Shown here piece by piece: positions 13,744 through 25,226 of a stretch of DNA of 64,000 nt. Position 1 is the stretch's first letter. Each line of letters starts with the position of its first letter. The stretch covers positions 1,214,725 through 1,278,724 of the forward strand of contig BDGG01000003.1 in assembly GCA_001949185.1 (NCBI GenBank). The letters run 5' to 3'. This DNA comes from Ramazzottius varieornatus. Its lineage: Eukaryota > Animalia > Tardigrada. Made by a program: the position numbers and the translations under genes. The notes beneath the pieces are model-generated. The model ran no database searches. It saw only the letters and a list, made by a program, of their open reading frames with translations, and was not told where the DNA came from.

Positions 13744-14322
13744 CCTTTCGACTGCGATAGTGGCATTGTGAACGAAGAAATGTTTCGGATGATTAGCTAA
13801 GCGAACTGTTCTCCGGATCGGTCGGAACGAGCAAAGCCTGAGCTCTTCAGTGTTCTGCCTGCGTTGGGTTGACAGCGAAAAGCGACTTCATAAAGGAGAT
13901 TGTGAGAATTTAATTCTAGTAAATGCTTGCTTCAGGTCTACAGGACTGGCCGGCTGAGTTCCCTGTCACGCATCAGGATGACTGCGGCGTGTCTGACAAG
14001 TTTGACAGCACGTTTCATCCATGTCATTGATAATTCGTGAGAACAACCTTTTAGTAATTGCGGAACTTAGTGTAGCACCGAACTTCTGGCATACCCGTCA
14101 CATCTTACAAAGCGTATACGCATTGATTCGGGACAGTTGAGGACCTCGATTCGTACAGGGTGAGTACGCCAACTTGCTACCACCTCTTAACAATTATGGC
14201 GATCTCGGGGTGTATGTTCGTCCTCCCAACTATTTTTCCTTACTTCGGTATCCCTTTTGCTACCTTTTGAAAGTAACTTGGCCAGGAAGAATGTCTACAG
14301 GAAACCCAGATTTGACCAGTGA

Positions 14323-14517
14323 TCACGGAAGGTTCCTCAATCCGCTTTCGAAGGCAGGTCCAGTTCTTACAAGACCGGCCATTAAGAGATTATCAAAGCT
14401 ACCCGGAGTAAGAATTTTAAAACGAGGTTTCGTCGATGGGCATAGTACTGTACTTCCATCCACACGGAGCGCACCAAATACCAGTATGCCGAGGAAAAAG
14501 TAGCGCTCGTAAGTCAT
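14323..14517 (-). pseudogene. Truncated 5' stub of a fourth ANF-receptor-like paralog
   Basis: MTYERYFFLGILVFGAL...STKPRFKILTPGSFDNLLMAGLVRTGPAFESGLRNLP* aligns with copy 3 (ATKPHFKIITPGIFDSFLMATLTRIGPAFDSGIRNL). Homology stops at a stop codon in mid exon 1. Confidence 0.75.
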
Positions 14518-16111
14518 TCTACCAATTTCGACAGTATGTTGCAAGGTAGAACCGAACTGTTTTGAACCGTTCGACCGCTAGGTTGATGCATATCGTCCTG
14601 TACCACAGCAGTAAGAGTCGAAGCTCCCAACTTATCTGAATATAACGATTGCTTAGTGCAGCTCTAGTTGATTCAGGCTGCCTGTTACGGTTGAATATTG
14701 TACAGTTGTACCTAGCAGGTAGAAGTTTGACAAGTCCTTTCATTTACTGTATATCGCTTATTATTAATGCGCCAAAAACGTGTTGATAAGTGCAAACTGT
14801 AAGTTGGTAGTGAAATTTTAAAAACTCATTTATTATTTACCACAACCTACAAAACACGCTTGCGATGGTACAGTAAGGGTCCTCATGTGGTGAATTTCGA
14901 TTTGGCATAAACACATTCTGATCATCTAGTTGTGACCTCCACTTCTATCCCATAAATTCATGTACAGCACAATATAATGCAACTGATGGCCGTTCGAAAA
15001 TGTCAGTGTTCTGAGTCGGAATCGCTGGCTCCTCCTCCCGTTCTCTCCATAACCTGGATCTGCCGACGATGGGAGTCACCTCCGTACGAAGATGACACCG
15101 TGGGTCGAGCTTCCTTGCTGTGAAGGGCAGAGTTCGAGCTGTTCGAACGAGCACGTGATGTCGAGGCGATCAGCGGACCAGCAGTGGATGTACCAACTAC
15201 AAAACATGGAAACTTGGACCTCAAATTCGAAGTCATCTTCGAGTGTTCCAAGATGTCACGCTGCCTGCAAGCAAAACCGTACCTACATTTTCGGACTCAT
15301 AGACAGGGGAAACGGCCTGCTCGGCAAAGCTGGGCGAAGAGCTTGTCCCATCGTCGCGCTGCGCTGTGACGTTCAGGTCCATTGCTGACCTGGACTGTAG
15401 CCGACAGGGTGCTACAACACGCGAAAATTTTCGGATGCTAACTTCAGAACAGGCTAGAAACTCGTATTATCAGCCGACATGGTAAAGCAGATTTCAATAT
15501 TAGCATCGAGGACTGGCCGTTCTAGACGGCCAAAAGCTGGTTGTGAATACGCAATGTTGAGCTGCGCGCCCCTAATTTACGTCAGGCCTCTGCATCGTGA
15601 AACAATTATAGTCAGCTGGATAGAAGTGTCCGTTAATTACAGCCGGTGGTTGTTTTCAAGTGTTTCAAGGAACAAATCACCTCCGAAAGGGCCACCCATG
15701 GGATGCATCCCATTTATTTGTCCTTCGATCGATCGATCGTCTTTTAGCCGTGCTGGGAACTGGCCGATTCCAGGAGCCTTTCACGCGGAACTCGTAAAAG
15801 GCTCAGCAGGCAACTGCTGCGAGATGCTGGCTGCTTGTAGGTGTCACTTCTGGGTGCTCCTACGCTAAAAGGCAGTTGGTACCGACCAATGAGAAAACCT
15901 GATGTTCCGAAGGTTTCGCCCCGAAAGGAGTTTGTTTTTATTTAGATAAGGAAAAAATTAGAAAAGACTTCGGCTTGCAGTACACTGAAAATTGAGCCAC
16001 CACAGTGACCACGCCGAAGTTGTAAGGGAAGTGCATAATACCAAACTGATAGGTTGGTTTCGGCTGGTCAGAATCAATGAAAATAGTTTTCTTCCCCAAA
16101 GCACGCTGCTT

Positions 16112-16846
16112 TTACTTACTGTACGTACCTGATTGCAATCGAACAGGTGGTCGACGAATCGGACCGAGTAGCTCACACGCCAACAGCCCCCTTACACCCG
16201 ACAGGGTCCTGGGTACCGATATATCCACTCCGTTCGCGAGGGCCAAAATCCGTCTGGCTCGTCCGTTGCTGAGATCATCTACTATTCTGTTTTCGCTCAT
16301 CTGCTCAACGCGTTCCAATGATTCCGTATCCGCAGTGTAACCATCAGCGTCCTCGTCATCCATCTCGGCATCTTCAGACCTGTACCCGCTCTCCCTCTCA
16401 CTGTCCTCGTCCTCTTCCACTGCGTCCGACACGAAGTCATTCCACGAGTCAACCGGCATTGGTACATCCATGCTGTCAAATGGCGGAACTATATTTTGTA
16501 CGGGTTGAGGTGGGTCTTCGGTCAAGGTATCGAAAGGATATGTTACGTAGCGGATAAGGTGGGGCGGCGATGCAGGAGCATCATGAACATCGTTTATGAC
16601 TACTAAAGGTCGGTCACCAGTAACCACTTCGTGAAGATCATCTTGAGACTGAGATCGGGTATCTCCCATGGGAGCGTCCACCGTGATATGGTCAACAACG
16701 AGCGCCAAGTTGAACAAGGCGTCATACGACAAACCATTCCTGTCAGGGAAAACGAGATGGTAATTCAACCATCCCGCTTCTCCGTCGTCGTTGACATCAG
16801 CCATCGGGACATCAGTATTTTCAGTCTGTCGGTGTTCCATATGCAA
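16112..16846 (-). CDS. Hypothetical acidic, probably disordered protein (about 240 aa exon; may splice to a further exon near 15900-15745)
   Basis: 244-codon ORF, D/E/P-rich, with coding-like composition. Candidate donor G|GTACGT near 16128. No family recognised. Confidence 0.55.
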   Translation of the reverse strand: MHMEHRQTENTDVPMADVNDDGEAGWLNYHLVFPDRNGLSYDALFNLALVVDHITVDAPMGDTRSQSQDDLHEVVTGDRPLVVINDVHDAPASPPHLIRYVTYPFDTLTEDPPQPVQNIVPPFDSMDVPMPVDSWNDFVSDAVEEDEDSERESGYRSEDAEMDDEDADGYTADTESLERVEQMSENRIVDDLSNGRARRILALANGVDISVPRTLSGVRGLLACELLGPIRRPPVRLQSGTYSK

Positions 16847-17029
16847 GGAAAGTTTTTATGGTTCGTTTTATTATAGTGTCTGATGTAGGCAAAATATTTA
16901 CATTCCCAACTAGTACAGCTTCAATTTTCACTGAGAATATTTTTGAAAGGACCAGTCGCTCTCTAAATTCCGTATTTCACACTCCAAGGTTTCACAGCAA
17001 CAAGCCGAGAATGATATCATCAGAACAGC

Positions 17030-20000
17030 TTATTTAAGTACGGTGAACTCTTTCGGAACAAAATTCAGCGGCTCATGCGCCTTGGAACTGTTCAGCTCAG
17101 AGTAGAAATCGCCTTCGTATCTCATTTCCGAGAGTTTCCTCCATGTGGGTGGGAGGTACGTTGCAACCGGAAAGTAGTTCAGATGTTCATGGAAGCTACC
17201 CTGCGTGACCAATTGACCCAGGTCCTTCTTCTCGTATTCCCTTATCCATTTCAGCTTCTTTAGTTCAGCTTCCATTTCCTGTTCCGTCAGCTCGAACAAC
17301 TTGACCAACACGCCGTCCTCCTCGTCGGGGTTTTCACTTCCGAACAGCCCCAGTTTCATCCTCTTCTCCATGGCTTCCTCTCGCAACAGCCTGATTCGTT
17401 CCATAGCCTGCCTCACCTGCTCCTGTTCTGCGGCTTTCGCGTCCGCCATGGCTTTCCGGTATTCCGCGACCATCCTTGCTTGTTCAGCTGCCTGTCTCGC
17501 TTCTTCTTCAGCTCGAAGCCTATCCTGTTCTGCCTTGATCCTCGCTTCTTCGGCCAGTCTGATCTTTAGCTTCTTCCGTCTAATTTTCTCATCTTCCCAC
17601 ATCTGGGCTCGCTGATTCTCGATGCGGTCTAGTAGCGCGATCTCTTTTTCCAGGTGTGTCATCCGTTGTTTCAGCCGGTACGTTCCGGCAGCTCGCTCAG
17701 CAATAAGACGTGGCAAGTTCGTTTGTAGATAGTTTACTCCGTCTGTGCATTTCATCATTTTGTCAAGGAACTGCTGGTTACGTCGGTTAATATCGGCTTC
17801 AAGAACCAGGTCAATCAGATTGTCTTTGATGAGGATCTGACGACCGATCTCTAGTATCTTGCTCTTGCCTTCGGGGTAGGCTTCCAGCGCATCCCACAAG
17901 TCCTGTTTTGAGAGAGCGAAGAGATCGCTGTAGCCGACAGACCGGACGTTGGCTGTACGCCGGGTACCGGACTTGATGCCGGCTATGTTCAGCAGGCTGA
18001 TTTCTCCGAAAACAGAACCTTCGCCCAAGCGAACGTATACGAACTCTCCATCGTCTGAAACCACTTCCAAGCAGCCTTTCTTGATAATGTACAGGTTCTT
18101 TCCAACATCACCTGGACCAATACATGAACAATCCATTGTGAACAGCGAGAGCAGTATAAGCATATACAGCAAGACATCGGACATGGCGCCTAAGGGAAAA
18201 TAAACGTTTACCTTTGCGACAAATGTACTCGCCGGGTGCAAAGACCTGGAATATAAAATTTGAAATTTTGCGACCTGGTATACTTACGAGTTCCATACAG
18301 AATTTGTTTGACGGTTCAGACGTCACTGTAAAGTACTGATCAGCTAGGACACTTTAGGGACCTGGTCTGTGCGTTAAATCCGCCTAGGAAGGACAGTGCT
18401 GGGCTTTATTTTGAGACGTCATATCGATCAGCTGATCGGTGCGCACATCAACCAAATATTTTGCCCACTATTCGACCAGTTGTTATGCACGGACCGGGTC
18501 AGTAAAGTGTCCCAGCCGATCAGCACTTTACAGTATGTTTTCATTTGCTTGAGTTCGGGACAAAGATAAAATTTGGGAATATTGTGACGAGTCGAGTACC
18601 TGGAGCCTTAATTTCAGAACCAGATCGATCAGTAGTCCCGGTTCGACGCCTTGGAAGATACGTACGTGCTTCAGGGTCTCAAGATGAACAGCCATCATCA
18701 AATCAGCTTCAAGACATTCAGGTAAACAAGCCAGGGCTTCTTTGTCGTCAACTAGACGGTGATAAATCCATTGATACTCAAAATACTGGAGGACTCTTTG
18801 GCGTAGCTCGCCGGTTACCTGCAAAGACCGGAGCACACAGATCAATGATGGACAATCGGTCTCTTCAATTACCCGGCAGTAGCGTATGTCAATTTACATT
18901 GCGCATGTCCATGTATGCGACCACTGCATCGATCTTCTTGCGAAACTTTCGTGTCTCATGGCTAGATTGTAAAACGGTGTGCATTGTGTTAGCCAAGACT
19001 TGCGAGAACAACATTACGCCGAGGACGAAGTCGGCGGTAAGAAGGAGGAACTGCCATTCCGTTTCAGGCTGCTTCGTGATCCCTGAAAACAGAACCACGT
19101 TCACAGACTCAGAAGAGTCGGGACTGATTGCCCCAAAGTACAAAGTTGGACTCACCGATCATTGTTAGGGTGTGGAAAGACCAATAGAACGACCACGTGA
19201 ATTTCTGGAACAATGTATCGTTGCGGTTGTCAACCTTCCTCCAAGCTGCTTCGCCCGGGTAGACCCATCCATCGGTGTTCAGCCCTGTTTGCTCACTGAG
19301 GAAGTAGTACAAGCAGGCGTTCAGATGAATCAGAAGGATAAACTTCATCATCTAGAAGAAACACCGAAACTTGTGAGAACATTGGCAGAGTTGTCTGTAA
19401 TGGATCGATTACCAGGGCAAACAAGCGCATGTGTTGCGGGTTAGGTACATGCCCTTCTGTCTTCTTCAGAAAGCTCGCCAGTTTGGGGTATTTCAGTAAG
19501 CGGTTGAAACGAACTGCTGGAAAGGGGTGCTCCATCCCGGTCCAGATGTACGCCAGATCTGTAGGTACCACGCTCAGGAGATCCAGTTTTCCACCGGTGT
19601 CGAACCAGTGATTGGCTAGAAGTCTTGGTTCGTGGACCACGACTAGCTCCTCACCCAAATATCCAATCAACAAACTGACCACCACATCAATAAGGTTGAT
19701 CGTGTCACCGAGATAGTCGAAAACCAAGAAGGCATCACTGTAATAGCTCTTGTCCATTTCGTTGAAAACTGCTCGCATCGGTACCTGAAGCAATTTCAGC
19801 TGGAAGAGTTGATGTTTTGTTCGTCCCATCGGTCCGACGGAAGCTTCGTTATTACGTACCATAATGATGTTGTAAATGGCAACAAGCGAAACAAGGCCCA
19901 ACCAGCAATAGTACCTGATACCGTCTTCATCAATAACCCAGTCTTTCCGAAACCTGTTCGAAAATGTTCAAATTGAATCTGAAAGTACCTATTGCTGAAT

Positions 20001-20313
20001 GACTGCTTAAGTTTGTGAAAGCGCGGTACCGGAAGTTCCAGAAGATGAGCATAGGATCACCGACGTTAAGCTCTGGCTCACCGAAGTTCTTTCGTCCAAC
20101 GCCATTGCGACCTTTGGAGTTGGGGTTGTCTTTGAAAAGATCGACAAACGATGCCTTCTTCTTTTCCCCCCTCTCTCTCATCGCCGAAGCGAAGTTTTGA
20201 GGAAAATACGGCACAGTCAACCTAGACTTGAAGATAAACTGGAATCGAAGCCCCGAACTGAATATGAAATCTGCACAAGAAGTGTTTGTGTGGTGAGCGG
20301 TACACTTTTGCAT
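17030..20313 (-). CDS. Cyclic nucleotide-gated cation channel, alpha-type (CNGA/TAX-4-like), divergent; start at 20313 or 20181
   Basis: S3-S4 KLDLLSVVPTDLAY...AVRFNRLLK; pore FYWSFHTLTMIG; C-linker [86 protein letters not shown]; C-helix GRQILIKDNLID; then a coiled-coil tail. Confidence 0.93.
18326..18533. mobile_element. MITE in a CNG intron
   Basis: About 45-bp imperfect TIR CTGTAAAGTRCTGATCRGCTRGGACACTTTA; TA on the right flank, CA on the left. Confidence 0.75.
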
Positions 20314-20376
20314 AATGGGCGTGGAGGGAAAAGAACGTGATCCTACCTATTCCCTGTGCAATGCTGTATTACCGTA

Positions 20377-20571
20377 CACGCAGGACGAAAATTATGGTAC
20401 AGTAAAAATTGCGGTACAGGCCTGTTCGCTACGGCGGTAAGGGAGCACGTACGTACGCGACCGATTCACAGTAATACACTTTTCAACACTGCTTTACGGT
20501 CGAATTTCGATTTCGCCGTCCTTTCCGCCTGTCTCATATTTGTACTGTACCATAGTTTCTCGTCTTGCGTG
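20377..20571. mobile_element. TA-flanked MITE immediately upstream of the CNG gene
   Basis: Imperfect TIR CACGCARGACGA...TATGGTACAGTA; TA at 20375-20376 and 20572-20573. Confidence 0.7.
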
Positions 20572-21243
20572 TACCTTTTGTCGTGTCTGCAGATCAATTA
20601 AATGATCCATAGATTCGGTTAGATTGTGTCCGCGCAGCTGGAAGCTCCTGACATGACAGTACTAACGCAGCGCCGGGCTCCCAAGGGGGCGCTCTGAACT
20701 CGTCATCACTACTTGTAGCCAATTTGTAACTTGCCCTTCAGTTAGCGGAACCTTCGATCCGCACCTCGCAGCGGATAGATTACGATTACTTTGCGTTGGT
20801 AGAAAGACACCGGAGAATGGCTTGAAGCCGCCATTAAACACCGACTGTCAGCTCTTCGGGACGGAAATTGCCGTAATAGTCTTCAGCTTTTCTACGCGTT
20901 CAGTGTTCTCGCAGTGAGCAGTAAAATCTACTTGCAATAAACAACAGAATTACTGGCGAGATTCTCCACTCTGCAGGAGAATTTTACTATACTAATCTGA
21001 CACGGATGGCCACCTGTGGCCGATTAATGGTGGGTATCGCCTGCTGGAACTCTTGCTTTCATTCTACTCACCTACAAGACCTAATATTCAACCTTCTTCT
21101 CGCAGACAGTATATTGATAGGATTTTCCACGACTCATCCACGCGCAGAAGAAGGCATTGATACAGTGGCGAAGTATCAGAGTCGACCGAATGTTGAGTCA
21201 TATCCTTTTGTGGCTCGGTGAACATGCGGCAACAACGGAGGAA

Positions 21244-23316
21244 ATGGTGTCGATGAGAAAGTCCATTTGGTTATTGTTCATCCTACTGTTTTCTCTCATT
21301 CTCACACCGATCTCAGGAACCTCGCGGTATTACGGAACCTATCTGAGCTTTGGGACTGGCGACACTTTTATTGGTGAGTAGCCGTTGTGCACAATATGTG
21401 CTTTGCACGAGAGCCTGATGCAACCTCATCCACCTTTATTCCCGACCAGATACTCAACACGGCCATGGTGGTCCGAGAACCGCTCACAGAAAGTGGAACA
21501 TTGAATGTCTTGACGGAGAGGCTATGATGGGAGTCAGGTTAGCCACATGTTTTATCACTGATAAGTTGGAGGCCTGCAGTGAAACTACTTTACCTACTGC
21601 CCTCTGAACTTGCAGAGATTTTGTTGATGACTTCCAGGTATGAAAACATAGCTGACGAGCGGATATTCAGACCATGTCTCACGCCGATCGCAATATCCAT
21701 ACTTCGAAGTGGCAGTAATGACTCTTGGGTTCCTCCAAACTATCAGGAAGATTACCGCTGACCACTTCCTAGAGCTACGAGGTAAAACTAGCGGACTTGT
21801 CCATGTAAAATCGCATGGTGAAGTTGTCCACCCTGAAAAGTTGGCACATGTACATGAATCGTAACTTGATTGATTAGAATCAGCTGATTTTTCAAAAACA
21901 GGCTTTTTAACATTGCGTCGACCGTCTCTCTCCTTAGCGGATGTCTCTCAACAAATCCGCTGTTCTTTCGTGTCTACCATGTTCGAAAAATAGATAGGGG
22001 CTTTTCTTATCGAATAAACCAAAAAGTAACAAGACCTGATCAGCCGAAGAGCAGATCTAGGGTGGACAGGTACCCCATGCGATTTTACATGGACAAGTCC
22101 GCTACTTTTACCTTGTACAGAAAATCCCGAAGTTACGTCGTCCACTGTACATTTAGAACCAACGTTACAGCCAACGTAGCACTACGCAGTTCAACCCGAA
22201 AACTCGTCGATTCTTCAAACAAACACTAAACTTCACATGTGGATGGTATAAGACGAAGTTTTGAGGCTCTGACTGGCTGGGGACAACAAAAAGCGAACCC
22301 TCAGGAAAAAAATTATTCTCCAGTATATATTTAGACGTATTCATATAACGCATTGCAATTTGTACAAAAACTGCGAAAAATTCTTTATGACGAATCTCTG
22401 CCCAATCTTACAAATCTCAACTTCGGAATTTCGTTTTGCACCATCCAGGGATGCAATTTAGTGTTTGTTTGATCAATCGGTGAGTTTTCGGGTTGACGCT
22501 ATTAGTTCTGCGGTGGACGATGAATCTTCGGGATTTATTGTGGCTCCAGGAGCGGGTCAGCTGCATTTTTTCCCGATAGTTTGGAAGAAGCTAAGAGTCG
22601 CAGCTATCACCTAAAAGCATTGACATTGCGATCGGCGTGTCACGTGTTCTGAAGGTCGCTCGTGAAGGACTGAAAGCCTCGTTCTGTATGACGGAACTTC
22701 ACACTGATTCTTTCAATAGAGGATAGTCAGCCTGTGGTGTAAATTTATGTTCCCGTACAAGCCATCTACTTCAGGAATCTATCCCTACTTTCCCAACTGC
22801 ATCGTCAGAAATATAAGTACGGAGTCATTCTGCTTCAGCCCGAGAAACGTTTCGCTTACTGTCAATTCCTTCATCACGGGTACATTTACTACAGATCTAG
22901 TACTGTCATCTACATCTCTGTCATGAGAACTTATCACGAGCCGAAATTTTTCAGCATTGTTCGATACTGACTTCCAGTACCGGCTAGATAGAATCCGTGA
23001 AGATCAGACCACCCTGTACAAGTGCTGCCGTACACCTTTCGGATACTACATCGACTACACATCGTGTTACTACCGGCCAACGCGCGACCAGTATTGGGAG
23101 TACTACGACGCAACGAATTTTGTGGTGTATTGTGAAACAGGATACGTGATGACCGGCATGGCGCGAAAAATCAATCCGTACGACAATGAGTATCATCTGG
23201 AATGGATACAGTGCTGCCGCGTAGGATTCCTTCCGGTGGCAACCATGCTTGCTCCTCCCACACCGGCGATACAATCCGGAAGTTTACATAATCATAGAAG
23301 ATCTGGTTATGGTTAA
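21244..23316 (+). CDS. Secreted Cys/Tyr-rich protein, dermatopontin / amebocyte-aggregation-factor-like (5 exons)
   Basis: Signal peptide MRKSIWLLFILLFSLILTPISG. Spliced repeats WNIECLDGEAMMGVRDFVDDFQRIVSLWCK and FVVYCETGYVMTGMARKINPYDNEYHLEWIQCCR, plus LYKCCR. GT-AG junctions keep frame. The gene is well supported; the family call rests on the motif pattern only. Confidence 0.6.
21778..22115. mobile_element. Tc1/mariner-type MITE (intronic)
   Basis: About 41-bp near-perfect TIR CRAGGTAAAASTAGCGGACTTGTCCATGTAAAATCGCATGG; TA on both flanks. Confidence 0.85.
22122..22536. repeat. Foldback-type element with long imperfect inverted arms (intronic)
   Basis: AAATCCCGAAG...TCGTCCAC and CAACCCGAAAACTC...TCAAACAAACACTAAA...GGATGGT recur as reverse complements at about 22420-22536. 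Confidence 0.75.
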
Positions 23317-24366
23317 TGCAAATGTCCATCGGTCAGTTGGACCGTCTCGCCATCCCAGAACTGTCTCTGGATGTCCGTGCATTGCTTCATTGTCGTAAGG
23401 ATTCCATAGAAAAAATCAAGCACCAAGATCGAGGCTCATTCTTTGATGCATCGGTCGTTAAAACATAGCGAAAAGCGATTGCTGACGTTTCTCGCGGAAT
23501 CTTTGGTGTTACTTCGTGGACAGCGTAAGCAGATCTTCCACAAGACAAACGAGCTGAACTTAACACTTTACCTCATCCACGGTTGCATCAATAGTTCGAG
23601 CCAGTCATATTGACCAGAAACAGTTCATATTGCATGATGGTATCTTTGGAATACTCGTCCTGTTCGTATGGGCAACGGTTCGGTGCTGGGGAAACTATCA
23701 GCATTCGGCGCGGCCACCCGAAGCATTTTGCATCAGACCCACGCAGCCGGTTCTTGCTCACGCTGTCCATCTCTTCTTCTTTTACAGGGAGATGATGTTG
23801 TATGTAAGTAGGCGGACTGAAAAATTAATGCAAACTGGCCCACATCTTCTGTCGAGATTCCGTCCTGTTGTTTCCTCCCCGATACGCGATATGGTCGTGG
23901 AGGACCCACCACCGCACACCACAAGTGAAATGTCGAATGTTTGAACGGCGAAGCTGTGATCGGTGAGAAGTCAGTTCGAAGATCCATTCAGCACCGAACA
24001 GTAAACCTTCGTGAAGTTAAATACGCTATCTCTCGTTAAAGAGACTTCACAAGATGACTTCCAGTGATATCATATTCCCGTAGTGCACGTTCATGTCCGT
24101 CCCACAAAACACGGCTGGTCTTTGCATGTGGTTTCCCAACTTTTCTGTGCGCAACTTAACCAGCGAGTTCTTCTGCTTCAATCCGAAGAACGCCTCAACT
24201 GCAATCAAACACATTCGCTACCGGTAGGCTGTTTTCATATGTATCACATGAAGGCAAAGATTCATGCAACACGGCTACGTTAGAAACTGAATTTCGTGTT
24301 GGTGGGATGATGATTATCAGTGCCGCTAGGCGGCCTAGCAAAGGACCAGACGTCACAGTACAAATG

Positions 24367-25104
24367 CACCCCGTTCACGCCACATCGCTACCACCTATAA
24401 AACTGCTGCGTTCGGGACTGGATCATCACTGAACTTTGGAACTAATTTTCCTTGGTTTAGTATCCTTTTGGATATCTTCTAAAAAATTATCGGGTAGGTA
24501 TCTGTTTACGAAGAAGTCAGGATCGACATTAAACAAGGGGAGGTGCAAAGCGAAATTTGCACCAACTTTTGCTGTTTTTAGGCCCGTTTTCAAAGATTGT
24601 TTTCCCAGTATCGAATTGTGTTCATGCGATTTTGTTCATGAAAATAATTAGATCACGATCCGGGCACATGCAAACTGGTTTATCCCAAGAATCTGCCACT
24701 CGGAGCCAGAGCTAGGATTTTCGCCAAAAAACGGTTTTCCCCGCAAAACGAGCAACTTCGACCGTTTTAATTCATTCGCCGAGCTAATTTGGTATTTCTG
24801 TGGTCTTTTGTGACTTTTTCGGACAACCCAGATAGTTTCAGGCCTACCCACATGACATCAGGGATCGTACCTCAAAGGGGGATTTCTATAGTCCGCATTT
24901 CACCCCTGAACCCACCGTCTTCCCACCGGAAGTCATACCAGTCGAATATCTGAAGCCGTTTTCCATCGTAACAAAACAACTCATGGCTCAGTCGAAAGAC
25001 CTTGAAAAGTTGTATGCACAGTGTGAAGTAACAAACGAAACGGAGCAATCTGAATTTTTTCACGTCGAAATGCTAGGTGGTAGCGATGTGGCGTGAACGG
25101 GGTG
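24367..25104. mobile_element. Non-autonomous TIR element (Tc1/mariner/pogo-like), 738 bp
   Basis: Perfect 31-bp TIR CACCCCGTTCACGCCACATCGCTACCACCTA; TA on the right flank, TG on the left. Confidence 0.85.
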
Positions 25105-25226
25105 TACTATCGTATCAGTTCGGGATACTGGATAGATTCCTGCTACCACAAACCCACTAGGGACCAGTATCGGGAGTATTTCCACAATATCCACTTTTTG
25201 GTTTACTGCGGTACCGCGTACCCGTA

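Noticed and set aside
14945-15868. Overlapping 60-130 aa ORFs on both strands
   Set aside because: No family motif or consistent splice model. Part may be a last exon of the acidic orphan gene.
17301-17615. Ser/Ala/Leu-rich plus-strand ORF
   Set aside because: Antisense shadow of the E/K/R-rich CNG tail. The same applies to most antisense ORFs over real exons.
23588-24283. Cluster of short ORFs
   Set aside because: No convincing frame or homology could be established by eye.
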